Shown here: positions 41,746 through 51,553 of the stretch, in pieces
Layout: each line of letters begins with the position of its first letter
Position numbering within the stretch: position 1 is the first letter of the stretch
From: Vicinamibacteria bacterium
GTDB taxonomy: Bacteria > Acidobacteriota > Vicinamibacteria > Vicinamibacterales > JAENWD01
DNA length: 64,000 nucleotides
NCBI GenBank assembly: GCA_963697705.1
Contig: CAVOPA010000009.1
Coordinates: forward strand, 240,821-304,820
Direction: 5' to 3'
Program-made: the position numbers and the translations under genes
The notes under the pieces: model-generated
The model's database searches: none
What the model saw: only the letters and a program-made list of their open reading frames with translations
What the model was told of the DNA's origin: nothing

Positions 41746-43695
41746 TCAGACATCTCTAATCCAGATGTCACCTCTGAAGTTGCCCAGCACGAAGATGATC
41801 TGATCCGGCGCGGCGATGGGAGCGACGGACGTGACCATCGCTGGCACGATCATCTCGGTCAGATTCAAAATCGGGAAGGCCTCGCCTTCGACGCGGCCGC
41901 TTGACGGATCGAACCGCCGCGCCGCTACACGGTTGCGAATGTCCACGCTCGGCGTCGTCGGCAGGTAGTACAGCACGCGGCCGTCGCGGGACCAGAACGG
42001 ATGACTGGCCGATGCCGCGACGGAGACCCACTCGGTCTCCTCGCGGGCGGCTCTGCTGTCCAGGCGCGCGATCGCCACCGCCGGCGATCCGCCAGGCGTC
42101 GCCGCATCGAACGCCAGCCAGCGCCGGTCGGGTGAGACGCGAGGATTGGAAAGCCGGCGAGTCGTCGACGAGAGCAGCGGACGCTGGCTGCCGTCGCGGG
42201 TGTCGAGCGCGAGGAACGCGTTGAGCCCCGCACCGAATGTTTCGATCACCAGCGTCCGCTCGTCGAGCCACTGACGCGGGCGGCCGCCACAGTCCTCGCG
42301 GACCAGGCGCATCTCTCCAGTGGCGACGCTCGTGAGCAACACCGGACGCTGCACAGGCGGACCCGGCACCAGCGCGCTACACGCCATCCGCTCCCCGTCA
42401 GCCGAGATCACGGGAAACCCGCGTTCGGCGTCCGCGCCAATCACCGTGTCTGAGCCGCTCTCCAGGTCTCTCACATGCAGCTCGCCGCCGCTCGTCCGCG
42501 CGGCGAAATAGGCGAGTGACCGTCCGTCCTCCGACAGCGTCAGGTGACTGATGAACCCGGCGCCTCGCGTGAGACGGCGCAGCGGGCCGTGCGCTCTGCC
42601 GGTGCCGGCGTCGATCGCAATCGACCAGAGGTTGATGTCCGCGTGCGTCCCGACAAAACTCAGGCGCCCTCGAGCCGCCGTCGGGAAGAACGCCCAGTCA
42701 CCACCCGGTGTCATGACGTTCTGGCGCACCAATCGACTCGAGTGCCGGTGACACGCGTTGCCGCCAGACGCTGCACTCCCTGGCGCCCGGCTGCGGAATA
42801 GAAGATGGAATCTCCTGCCCACGCCGGCGGCATCGTGATGACGATCAAGCCCTGCTGTCGTCCTCGTCGGAACGACACCGGTGTCAACCGGCGTGCCACC
42901 GTCCACAGGCACGGCCCAGCAATCGAGGTCGACGGACGAATTCGGATGCGCGACCACGAGCAGGTGACGACTGTCGTCAGACCACCTGGCGGACGAGATG
43001 TCGACGAGGTCTGTCGCCAACGTGCGCTCTGCGCCACCGCCGGCAACTGGCGCGAGTCGAAGAGTGGCGCGCGGTGCGAGCGCGATATACGCCAACCACT
43101 TGCCGTCGGGCGAGAACCTTCCGTTTCGCGCCGCGCGCCTGATCACGCGCGGCGGTCCGCCCAACGCCGGAATCTCGTACACGTTCGGGGTCGATTCACC
43201 GGAGGCGCTGAACGCCACTCGCGTGTCATCGCCGAAAAAGCTCGGCTCGGCGCATTCGTGCAACCCTGACGTGAGCTGCACGGCAGCCCCGCCGATCTGT
43301 TGCAGCCAGAGCTGCGGCGCGCCGCCATCCTGGCCGGCATCCGAGACATAGACAACCATGCGCGCGTCCGACGACAGCGCCGGCCAGAACGTCGCAGCGG
43401 CCGTAATCGTGACGCGATCGACCCGTGCCTCGCTGTCAGTGCGTAGCGGTGTCTGCGGCGCTGGCTCGGCGTTGATCTGTCGGCGTTCCCACCACGCGCT
43501 CAGCTCGTTGGCGTGGGCAAAGACGCTGCCGCGGTGAGCGTGCGGCAGCCGGTGCACGGGTAACCCCTCTTCCCGTTCCCACCGTTGGACAGTGCGAATC
43601 CCACGGCCGAGGAAGGACGCGATCTCCTTCCATGAGTCCAGCCGGCGACTCTCGGCTGCGGAGTTCTGCGGGCGGCCTTCGGGACTCTCGGCCAT
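41746..43695 (-). CDS. Helix-turn-helix domain protein fused to a TolB-like beta-propeller
   Basis: The N-terminal block LDSWKEIASFLGRGIRTVQRWEREEGLPVHRL is followed by repeated S(P/A)DG-type blades. Preferred start is the ATG at 43695. An internal stretch of about 87 nt looks out of frame (see findings). Confidence 0.75.
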   Translation of the reverse strand: MAESPEGRPQNSAAESRRLDSWKEIASFLGRGIRTVQRWEREEGLPVHRLPHAHRGSVFAHANELSAWWERRQINAEPAPQTPLRTDSEARVDRVTITAAATFWPALSSDARMVVYVSDAGQDGGAPQLWLQQIGGAAVQLTSGLHECAEPSFFGDDTRVAFSASGESTPNVYEIPALGGPPRVIRRAARNGRFSPDGKWLAYIALAPRATLRLAPVAGGGAERTLATDLVDISSARWSDDSRHLLVVAHPNSSVDLDCWAVPVDGGTPVDTGVVPTRTTAGLDRHHDAAGVGRRFHLLFRSRAPGSAASGGNACHRHSSRLVRQNVMTPGGDWAFFPTAARGRLSFVGTHADINLWSIAIDAGTGRAHGPLRRLTRGAGFISHLTLSEDGRSLAYFAARTSGGELHVRDLESGSDTVIGADAERGFPVISADGERMACSALVPGPPVQRPVLLTSVATGEMRLVREDCGGRPRQWLDERTLVIETFGAGLNAFLALDTRDGSQRPLLSSTTRRLSNPRVSPDRRWLAFDAATPGGSPAVAIARLDSRAAREETEWVSVAASASHPFWSRDGRVLYYLPTTPSVDIRNRVAARRFDPSSGRVEGEAFPILNLTEMIVPAMVTSVAPIAAPDQIIFVLGNFRGDIWIRDV

Positions 43696-43877
43696 GCTGC
43701 CCGCAGGATAACCCTTCGGTGCCCTGTCCGCATTGCTGTCGCGGAGGTCCCGGCGGTGCGCCATCACGCGCCATCGCCGCGTTGGCGCCTGACTGCGCTT
43801 GAGCCTCCGGCAGGCGCACAGCACACTGCGACTGCGAGTTCATGTCGACTCGCCGCAACACGGAAAGAGAGGATTCC

Positions 43878-44388
43878 ATGGTTACGCATTCGACGGCATT
43901 GGCGTCGTTCTCAATTCTCGTGCTGACACTGATCGCCGGCATCAGCGTGACGCCGTTCGCGCAGGAGCCTGATGGCGGCGTTGCAAGGTGTCTGGCGAAC
44001 CGTCGAGGTTGTCGTTCCGGGTGCGCCCGCTCGCACGTACAGGCCCGACGCGACACTCGCCATCTTCCACGGCCGGCACTACAGCCGCGTCGAAGTGCAC
44101 ACCGAACAGCCGCGGCCGCTCCTGGCCGACCAGGCGGGCGCGTCAGCCGACCAGCTGCGCGCCGTATGGGGACCCTTCGTCGCCGAGGCGGGGACCTTTG
44201 AAGTGAGTGGCAACAACACGATCACGATGCAGGCGAGCGTCGCGAAGAATCCTGCGGCGATGCAGCCGGGCGCTCAGAGCGTCTGCACTTACCGCCGCGA
44301 GGGAGACCTGTTGATCCTCACGCAGCTGCGCACGCCCGCTGGCCCAAGCCCGAATCCCGTCACGATCACGTTGGCTCGCGTCGAGTGA
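43878..44388 (+). pseudogene. Secreted lipocalin-like/DUF-type small protein; signal peptide and mature domain are in different frames
   Basis: GAGAGGA lies upstream of the ATG at 43878. The signal MVTHSTALASFSILVLTLIAGISVTPFAQEP is in frame 0. The mature part (ALQGVWRTVEVV...) is in frame +1 (track ORF 43972-44388). Confidence 0.55.
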
Positions 44389-44412
44389 CGTCCGGATCAA
44401 GGAGTTGATGTC

Positions 44413-45293
44413 ATGACCGCATCGCGTCGCGCATCGCTGCTCGTCGTCTTCGCGCATCCCGACGACGAGATCTTCCATGGCGGCATGCTGATGCACCTCA
44501 GTCAGCGCGGCGTTCGAGTCACGCTCGTCTGCGCCACGAACGGGGAGGCGGGCAAAACGCATCCCTCGATCGGAGCGGTCGATGACATTGGCGAACTGCG
44601 CATCGAGGAGCTGACGGGTGTCCTGCAACAGGCTCGGCATCGACGCCGCCGGTGCTCCTCGGCTTTCACGATTCCGCGCGTGGTGAGCGCCAGCGGCACG
44701 ACGACCCTCGCGCGCTGGCGAACGTGGACATGCTGAAGGTGGAAGCCGCAATTCGACGCGTCATCGAGGACGTGACGCCGCACGTCATCCTCACGTTCGA
44801 TCCGCACGGCGGCTACTACCATCCCGACCATCTCGCCGTTCAGCGCGCCACGACGGCAGCCTTCTTTTCGAGTGGCGCGATGGGCGCTCTCGCACCAGGG
44901 CGGTTGTTCTACGCCACGATGCTGTCCGAGGTGTTCCGTGGCCTTGCCGTCAAGAGTCGAGGGCGCGGCATCGTCGACGGCCTGGATCCCGACGTGTTCG
45001 GCACGGCGTCAGACATGATCGCGGTATCGTTCGACGCCGCTCCATTTGTAGAACGAAAGTTCCTGGCACTGGCTGCCCATCGGTCTGCGTTCGGGGTCAC
45101 CGAGGAGATGCTGAGCCGCCCTCCGGCCGGTACACGCGAGATGCTCGATGCGTTCCGTCCGGTATTCGAGCGCGAAGTCTTCGTTCTGGGTGGGACGCGT
45201 ACTGCAACCTCGCGATGGCCCCTGAACGATTTTTTCGACGGCATCGCATCCGCCGAACTCGATCAGGCGAGCTCGAAAATCGCTTCCACATAG
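44413..45293 (+). pseudogene. PIG-L/LmbE family deacetylase with two +1 frameshifts within about 35 nt
   Basis: N-terminal VVFAHPDDEIFHGG. The frame changes near 44615-44620 and again near 44648-44652. The C-terminal part is track ORF 44652-45293 (LLGFHDS...FDPHGGYYHPDH). Confidence 0.75.
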
Positions 45294-45783
45294 CGTTCGA
45301 GCCTGTCCGAGGTTTCTATACATTTCCGGACAGAAGCACGCTCACGACTGGTCACCACGCTTGCTCGGCGAGCCATCGAGGCTGCGTTGGCCTCTGGTCA
45401 TGCACGTGCGTCGGCGGCGCCGGCTGACGGCAGGTTCCCGAGGACGTGCGCGGCCGATGCTCGCGCACGGACTTAGGGATGTCGGGTCTCAAGGTCGACG
45501 CGCCGGAGCTCGACGCGGCTCCGATCGATGGCGCAGCGTCGCGGAAGCCTGCTCGTGCACATGAATTCGAAGGTGGACTACGGACGCGTGGACGACCTGC
45601 CTCAGCGACGGCTCGGCGATCTTCGCGCGTTCAGCAGCATCCGATCGACCGCGACTCGTGTGATCGGTCGCTCTCGCGTGATCGCGAATGGCACTGCACA
45701 CACGGTCGCGTCCCATCCCACCGTGAACTTCGGCCGGCGCCGGTCAAACCGGTTTGAGGTCGGCAGATGACGGTCTCGTGCGG

Positions 45784-47226
45784 CTACCGGAAGAGCTTCG
45801 GCGTCGGCATCCGGGCCCGGATTCCCTCCAGCTCCTCGACCGTGACGCGGGCCACACGGTTCCTGCGGCAGGAATCCTCGACGGCCCTGACGACCATGCC
45901 CCGGACGAACGCGGGGATCTTCTTCATCCGCTCGGCCGCCGCATCGTCCCACGCGATGGTGGTCGGCGCTTCGGCGCCGTACTCAATCGTCTGAGGGCCG
46001 ACATCCGCCTGCACAGGACCAGAGCCTGCCTCGCTGAAGCCGCGGAGGGGCGACGTCGCGAGAAGGGGAGAGCCCGCGAACGTCCCAGGCGTGTGGGTGC
46101 AGAGCGGATCTTCGGCCATCACATCGCCGGTCATCCCGTAGGCCCGCGCGCGGCAACCGCCGCAGTGGCCGTTCATCTCGCATGCCCCGCACCGCCCGCC
46201 AAGCGAGGTGCGGCGGCGAATGTCCGCGAAGAGTGCCGAGGAGGTCCAGAGATCCGCGAGCGTGGCGCTCCGCAGAGATCCCGCGAACACCGGGAGATAC
46301 GGACACGGGGTGACGTCACCGTTCGGCCGGATCCCCATGTAGTGCGTCCCCGCCGGGCACCCGCCGGCCCCGCCGGAGTAGGTCCTGATCGGGGACGGAC
46401 CGGTCCACGAGGCGGTTCCCGCCGTTTCGGCGTCCGCCGGAATCGCGTCGATCCCGGCGCCGGCATGCTCCAGCACGGTCCTGATGTAGTGCGGCGCGCA
46501 CTTCGCGTTCACGAGCATCCGGCGGGCGTACTTCTGCTGGATGCGGTAGAGCGAGGCGAGAACCTCGTCGTACTGCGCGGGCGTGATGTCGGACACGAAC
46601 TGCCCGCGGCCCGTCGGGACCAGGAAGTAGAGGTTCCAGACCCTGGCGGCGAGGCGTTCGTGCGCGAAGTCGGCGATCGCGTCGAGCTCGCCGAGGTTGT
46701 GTGAGCCCGCGGTCGTCTGGACGATGAAGGGGAGCCCGGTCGCGTTCAGGATATTTGCTCCGTCCACCGTGTTGCGCCACGCGCCACGCACTTTCCTGAA
46801 GCCGTCGTGGCGATCGGGATCGAGGGCATCGAGGGAAAGCGAGAGTCCTCGTGCTCCGGCGTCAGCCAGTCGCCGCGCCAGGTTCTCCGTGATTCGTACG
46901 CCGTTGGTGCCGACGACGACCCAGAGTCCACGCTCCGCCGCGCGCCGGACGATCTCGAGGATGTCGCGCCGTAAGAGCGGCTCGCCGCCGGTCAGGATCG
47001 TCAGGCACTCAGGCGCGAAAGCGGCGATCTCGTCGATGACCCTGAAGCAGTCTTCGGTGCCGAGCTCGCTCCTGTCCGCGAAGTTCTCCGTGCCGACCAT
47101 GGGGGTGCCGCCGGCGTCGAGATAGCAGTGCTCGCAGGCGAGATTGCAGCGGTAGGTGAGGTTCCACGAGACGACATAGGGCCGGGCGAACGGGCTGGTG
47201 GTCGGAAGCGTCATATCGGTTTCCAT
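45784..47226 (-). CDS. Radical SAM/SPASM enzyme of the AhbD/NirJ-like type with a C-terminal helical extension
   Basis: CNLACEHC (CxxxCxxC). SPASM-type CGACEMNGHCGGCRARAY. The extra C-terminal segment WDDAAAERMKKIPAFVRGMVVRAVE is shared with the neighbouring small protein. Confidence 0.9.
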   Translation of the reverse strand: METDMTLPTTSPFARPYVVSWNLTYRCNLACEHCYLDAGGTPMVGTENFADRSELGTEDCFRVIDEIAAFAPECLTILTGGEPLLRRDILEIVRRAAERGLWVVVGTNGVRITENLARRLADAGARGLSLSLDALDPDRHDGFRKVRGAWRNTVDGANILNATGLPFIVQTTAGSHNLGELDAIADFAHERLAARVWNLYFLVPTGRGQFVSDITPAQYDEVLASLYRIQQKYARRMLVNAKCAPHYIRTVLEHAGAGIDAIPADAETAGTASWTGPSPIRTYSGGAGGCPAGTHYMGIRPNGDVTPCPYLPVFAGSLRSATLADLWTSSALFADIRRRTSLGGRCGACEMNGHCGGCRARAYGMTGDVMAEDPLCTHTPGTFAGSPLLATSPLRGFSEAGSGPVQADVGPQTIEYGAEAPTTIAWDDAAAERMKKIPAFVRGMVVRAVEDSCRRNRVARVTVEELEGIRARMPTPKLFR

Positions 47227-47235
47227 GACGCTGGA

Positions 47236-47748
47236 TCACATGCCGAAGAATTCGCGGGCCGCGTCGAGGATCTTCTCGTCCACTTCGAGGGCCCCTCTTT
47301 CCCGGGCGAATTTCTCGATGCCGGTCCGCGCCATGGGACGCACAAAAGCGGGGATGTTGGCGAGCCGCGCTTCGGCGGCGGACGTCCACCGTATGGGCAT
47401 CGACTCGGCAGGCTGGCCGGGTCGCGTGTCGACGTTACCTTCGACGCCAGCCATCATCGCGGGGAAAGGACATCGGGAGCCGGAGGCAGGAATGCCCGCT
47501 CCGGTATCGCTATCGGTGGAACGGCGCGCGTCTGCGCCGGCCGCCGCCGCGCCGCTCGACGCGCCGGCGTCGGGGCCGATCCGCACGCCCAGCGACTGGA
47601 CGAGCTGAGTCTCGTATGGATTGGTCAGCATCGCCATCTCGTAGCCGCACTCAGGACACGAGTAGACGACCGAGAGTGAGCCGCCCTGGGGCGCGCCGAC
47701 CGTTTGCAGCTTCATCGGGCTGTCGCAGGGGACGCAGAGGAACTTCAT
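47236..47748 (-). CDS. Zinc-ribbon protein with a C-terminal domain resembling the protochlorophyllide-reductase BchB/ChlB C-terminal ('PCP_red') fold
   Basis: N-terminal CVPC...CPEC, a low-complexity linker, then WTSAAEARLANIPAFVRPMARTGIEKFARE. The start overlaps the upstream gene by 4 nt. Confidence 0.7.
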   Translation of the reverse strand: MKFLCVPCDSPMKLQTVGAPQGGSLSVVYSCPECGYEMAMLTNPYETQLVQSLGVRIGPDAGASSGAAAAGADARRSTDSDTGAGIPASGSRCPFPAMMAGVEGNVDTRPGQPAESMPIRWTSAAEARLANIPAFVRPMARTGIEKFARERGALEVDEKILDAAREFFGM

Positions 47749-48779
47749 GGCGAAAGATCCTTGCCCGCCTCCGCTGAAGCGTCGGCGAGGCTCGCCGTAG
47801 TGCCTGCGGCGCGAAGGCGGCCGAGTCGTAGCTCACGTGAGTGATCCGCCGAGGCCGGCATCGTCGATTCGAGGCTGTCCAGCAGTTGCTGCGCAACATG
47901 CTCCAGCGCCCGTCCCACAGGTGTTTCGGGCAGTTCCGCGAGAGGGATCCCCCGATCGCAGTGGCGTGCCAGCTCGGGATCGAATGGGATCGTCCCGAGG
48001 CAAGGGATCTCGAGGCCCGGCGACTCCGCCTTCGCTGAAACTTCGGCGGACCCCCGTAGCGTTGGCGGAGGCTGGTCGAGTGAGACAAAGAGCGGCTTGA
48101 TGGCGTTGCAGTCACGGCAGTAGTAGCCGCTCATGTTCTCGACGTAACCGAGGACGCGATTGGAGCCCTTCGACAGCGCGGCCACCGAACGCGCGACCAC
48201 CCCGCGTGACACTTCGGAAGGGATCGTCACCAGCAGCAACGAGGTCCGCGCCCCGAGGAAGTCGGCGTACTGGACAGTCCGCTCGGCTCCCGGCGGCAGA
48301 TCGAACATCAGCAGATCGAGCGCTCCCCACTCGAACGATCCGAGAATCTCGGAGAGCAGCGCGAACTCCCGCGTGGCGCGCCAGGTATGTGACTCTCCCT
48401 GCGCCGCGCTCTCGAACTCGAGCGCCTCCGACTCCGGGATCAGCGAGCCCATCGAGAACACCGCGATCCCGTTGGTCGTCTTCGGGAGCGAGACCTTGTT
48501 GGTGCCGGGAACGAACACCGCACCCTGGACACCTGCCATCCGAGCCTGCGAGGGGCCGTTGAAGTCCGCGTCGACGATCCCAATCCGAAGCCCCCGGGCG
48601 CGCAGCGCGCCGGCAAGATGGAGCGTCAGCGTGCTCTTGCCGACGCCTCCCTTGCCGGAGCCGACGGCCACGAGATGACGAACGCCGGCGAGCCCGGCGG
48701 TGATGCGGGTGCGCTGCTCGGCGACCTGCTCGAGGACTCTCGACCCTCCGTCGCCGACGATGTCGTGGTAACTCTTCAC
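47745..48779 (-). CDS. Mrp/NBP35/ApbC-family P-loop ATPase (Fe-S cluster carrier type)
   Basis: Deviant Walker A GSGKGGVGKST. CxxC (YYCRDC). Preferred start is the GTG at 48779 (VKSYHDIVGDGGS). The track ORF extends to a GTG at 48869. Confidence 0.85.
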   Translation of the reverse strand: MKSYHDIVGDGGSRVLEQVAEQRTRITAGLAGVRHLVAVGSGKGGVGKSTLTLHLAGALRARGLRIGIVDADFNGPSQARMAGVQGAVFVPGTNKVSLPKTTNGIAVFSMGSLIPESEALEFESAAQGESHTWRATREFALLSEILGSFEWGALDLLMFDLPPGAERTVQYADFLGARTSLLLVTIPSEVSRGVVARSVAALSKGSNRVLGYVENMSGYYCRDCNAIKPLFVSLDQPPPTLRGSAEVSAKAESPGLEIPCLGTIPFDPELARHCDRGIPLAELPETPVGRALEHVAQQLLDSLESTMPASADHSRELRLGRLRAAGTTASLADASAEAGKDLSP

Positions 48780-48955
48780 CTGGCTGACGTTCCGAGGGGG
48801 ATAGCTTACAACGTCGCGCGCCGGCGGAGGGCCGAGGAGTTCTCGAGCCAACCTGCATCGCCCGGGCACACAATCCGGCCCACCTCACCCGGCTGTCGGC
48901 TCTGGCGCGCGGCTGGACGCCTGCGAACTCCTTTGCCGGATCGGTGTGGGCGTCT

Positions 48956-50191
48956 CTACATCACTCGCTTCACCGCTGGAATCAAGCGCAGCGCCGCACT
49001 CGTCGCCCAGCTCAGCGCCAAGGCTCCCACGACCACGATCGCGGCCTTCGGGGCCGCGCCGATGCCCAACGGCAGGAGCGAATACTGCAGCCAACTGACG
49101 AACGCGTAGTGAACCAGAAAGATCCCATAGGCGTTGTCACGAAGGCTGTCACCGATTGCATACGATCTACGCGCGAAGCGCAGGAACAGCGCGAGCATTG
49201 CACTGGAGGATGCCGCGCAGGACAGGACGAAACCGAACGCGCCGATCGCCTCCCAATGCCTTGTCGCACCGGGTGATGTGGCCGCCGAGATGGCGATACC
49301 GGCGGCAATCACGAAGGCGACGAGCGAGACGAGCGCCCAGACGGCCCACCGACGCGCCATCGGCCCGCCTTCTCGCACCACACTGCGTTCGAGACCGAAC
49401 GCGCCGAGTGCCACACCGACGAAGAAATAGAGCGCGTAGTGAAGGATCCGGCTCGTCTGCACGGTGAACGGACCGAACGCCCACCAGTGCATCGACCCGA
49501 ACGCCACGGCCATCGGCAGGTATACGGCAAGCGAACACGTCGCGAGCGCGGCGAAGAACGCGAGGCTGTTGTTGGACGTTCGTCCCCAGAAGTCCAGCCA
49601 TCGCTTCGCGACGCGGGGCATGTAGACGAGGAGCGTCGCCGCGAGGCAATCGAAGGCCAACAACACCCACACGAACCAGACCGGCCCCGAGAACCAGACG
49701 CCGAGCGACGTCCACTGCGCCCAGAAGCTGCCACTCGTCGCGCGAGCGGTCGTCTGCAGATAGGCCGGGCAGTACGCCAGCGGTGCCAGCAGCAGCGACG
49801 CGACTGCGAACGGCACACCAAGCCGCAATGCCCGCCCTCGCAGGAAGGAGAGCGGCCCCTTGCGCTGGACGCTGTGCCAGACGAAGAGACCCGACAGCAG
49901 GAACATCAGCGACATGAAGAACGTTTCGTTGAAGCCCACGATCAGGGTCGAACCCATTGATCGGTCTGGATCCACGACCGGGAAGGCAGGCCAGACTCGC
50001 GGCTCGACGACAAGGGACGCGCCGGGGGGTGGCGCGAACGGGTGATAGGCCAGCAGCGCATGGTGCAGCACCACGAGCACGGTGACGAACGCGCGAAGGT
50101 AGCCGATCGGCACATTCCGCGGGGCTCGAAGCGTCTCGCGGACAGTCGACGCCGACACGACGACCGGAGTGGACACACTGATGCTGGACAT
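48956..50191 (-). CDS. Acyltransferase family 3 integral membrane protein
   Basis: 411 aa with about 10 TM helices. Typical N-terminal YLRAFVTVLVVLHHA block. Confidence 0.8.
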   Translation of the reverse strand: MSSISVSTPVVVSASTVRETLRAPRNVPIGYLRAFVTVLVVLHHALLAYHPFAPPPGASLVVEPRVWPAFPVVDPDRSMGSTLIVGFNETFFMSLMFLLSGLFVWHSVQRKGPLSFLRGRALRLGVPFAVASLLLAPLAYCPAYLQTTARATSGSFWAQWTSLGVWFSGPVWFVWVLLAFDCLAATLLVYMPRVAKRWLDFWGRTSNNSLAFFAALATCSLAVYLPMAVAFGSMHWWAFGPFTVQTSRILHYALYFFVGVALGAFGLERSVVREGGPMARRWAVWALVSLVAFVIAAGIAISAATSPGATRHWEAIGAFGFVLSCAASSSAMLALFLRFARRSYAIGDSLRDNAYGIFLVHYAFVSWLQYSLLPLGIGAAPKAAIVVVGALALSWATSAALRLIPAVKRVM

Positions 50192-50239
50192 GGAGAACTC
50201 TTCCTGGAATCGCCGATGATTAGCGAACGATGATTCTGC

Positions 50240-51187
50240 CTACCTGGATGGAGAACGGACCAGGCGATAGATCTCCACCAGGACCTGTGCCATCGTGATG
50301 AGCGCGATCACGACGAGCACCAGCGTCGTCACATCGTTGATGCCCTTCACGAGCCGCAGGAGGTCCGGCTTGTCGTTCGCAGCGACCACGAGGTTGCCCG
50401 CGTTCATGGCGACCGAGATCACGAACAGCCCGGACAGGTTGACAGCGAGGGGGCGGAGCCGCACGAGCCACGTCCACGACGGCACGGTGAGCATGCCGAG
50501 CGCGGTGACGGTTGACACGATTGCCGGCACGAACATCGCCGGATACAGCCGCGACCACGACGGCGAGAAGTGCAGGAACGCCGCCGCCGGGCCGAGCATC
50601 AGGAATGGATACGACGGAACCGCCACCCACCACGCGAGGAAGATGATGTTCGCGACGATCTCGACGATCAGACCGCTCGACCTGGGATGCCGGGCAGGCG
50701 ACGCGACGCGCGGCAGCGACCGCGGCGACCACTTCTCGAAGAGCTTCAGCTTCGCCTGCCAGTAATCGGCGACCGCGAACGAGAGCGTCACCCAGAACAG
50801 CACGTGGAGCGCCACTCCAGGGAACGCGACGATGTGCGGCAGGATCCGCCCGGGCGCGTTCTGTGCCAGCCCGATCGAAAAGGCGACGATGACCTGAACC
50901 GCAAATGCCAGACCGATCGCGATCTTCAGCGCCGGGAAGTAGAACGGGAACAGCGCCGGCCCGATCAGGTACCGCTGCGGCCGATAGCGCATCGCAAGCA
51001 GGTAGGGATGGCCGTACTGCTTCAGGACCGCTTCCTGCTCGGTCTCGTTCAGCGGCCGTCCGAGCTCTTCTTCCTTGTCCCTGATTTGGGAAAGGATGTC
51101 ATCGGTCAGCTCGTTGACGATGTCGTCCTGCTCCTTCGCAGGAAGATTGCGCTTGACGGCGTAGACGTAACGATCGAGGAGGTCCAT
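50240..51187 (-). CDS. Membrane protein with a DUF1700-like N-terminal helical domain (PadR-associated sensor type)
   Basis: N-terminal LDRYVYAVKRNLPAKEQDDIVNELTDDILSQI...GHPYLLA followed by about 6 TM helices. It begins 10 nt after padR. Family assignment is from memory. Confidence 0.65.
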   Translation of the reverse strand: MDLLDRYVYAVKRNLPAKEQDDIVNELTDDILSQIRDKEEELGRPLNETEQEAVLKQYGHPYLLAMRYRPQRYLIGPALFPFYFPALKIAIGLAFAVQVIVAFSIGLAQNAPGRILPHIVAFPGVALHVLFWVTLSFAVADYWQAKLKLFEKWSPRSLPRVASPARHPRSSGLIVEIVANIIFLAWWVAVPSYPFLMLGPAAAFLHFSPSWSRLYPAMFVPAIVSTVTALGMLTVPSWTWLVRLRPLAVNLSGLFVISVAMNAGNLVVAANDKPDLLRLVKGINDVTTLVLVVIALITMAQVLVEIYRLVRSPSR

Positions 51188-51197
51188 CGCTCAGCTC

Positions 51198-51521
51198 CTA
51201 GAGAATCCGATTCATCGACGCGTTGAGGCCCTGCCACTCGGCCTCCAACTGCTGCAGCGTCTCTGCCCCGTCGCGTGAGAGGCGGTAGAAGCGCTTGTTG
51301 CGTTTGTCGTGCTCGCGCCACTCGCTGACGAGCAGGCCCTGGCTCTCGAGCCGCCGGAGGAGCGGATAGAGCGTGCTTTCATCGATCGCCAGCCCGAGGT
51401 CGGCCAGGGCTTTTCGGAGCGTGTAGCCGTACTGCTCGGTCTTGAGGTGCGCCAGGACGGCGAGAATCAGGCAGCCACGCCTGAGCTCGAGCCTGAGGTT
51501 TTGGAAGATGTCGGCATCCAT
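51198..51521 (-). CDS. PadR family transcriptional regulator
   Basis: Winged-helix block LILAVLAHLKTEQYGYTLRKAL...STLYPLLRRLESQGLL. The ATG at 51521 (AGGAG 11 nt upstream) is preferred over the track start at 51599, which would translate the repeat region. Confidence 0.85.
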   Translation of the reverse strand: MDADIFQNLRLELRRGCLILAVLAHLKTEQYGYTLRKALADLGLAIDESTLYPLLRRLESQGLLVSEWREHDKRNKRFYRLSRDGAETLQQLEAEWQGLNASMNRIL

Positions 51522-51553
51522 GAGGTCCACCGCTCCTGACGCGCTACGCGGCA

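Noticed and set aside
45294-45783. 490-bp gap between the convergent deacetylase and radical SAM genes, containing several 60-100-aa ORFs and small inverted repeats (CGACCG...CGGTCG).
   Set aside because: No ORF has a recognisable family, ribosome-binding site or codon bias. The repeats are short and could arise by chance in GC-rich DNA.
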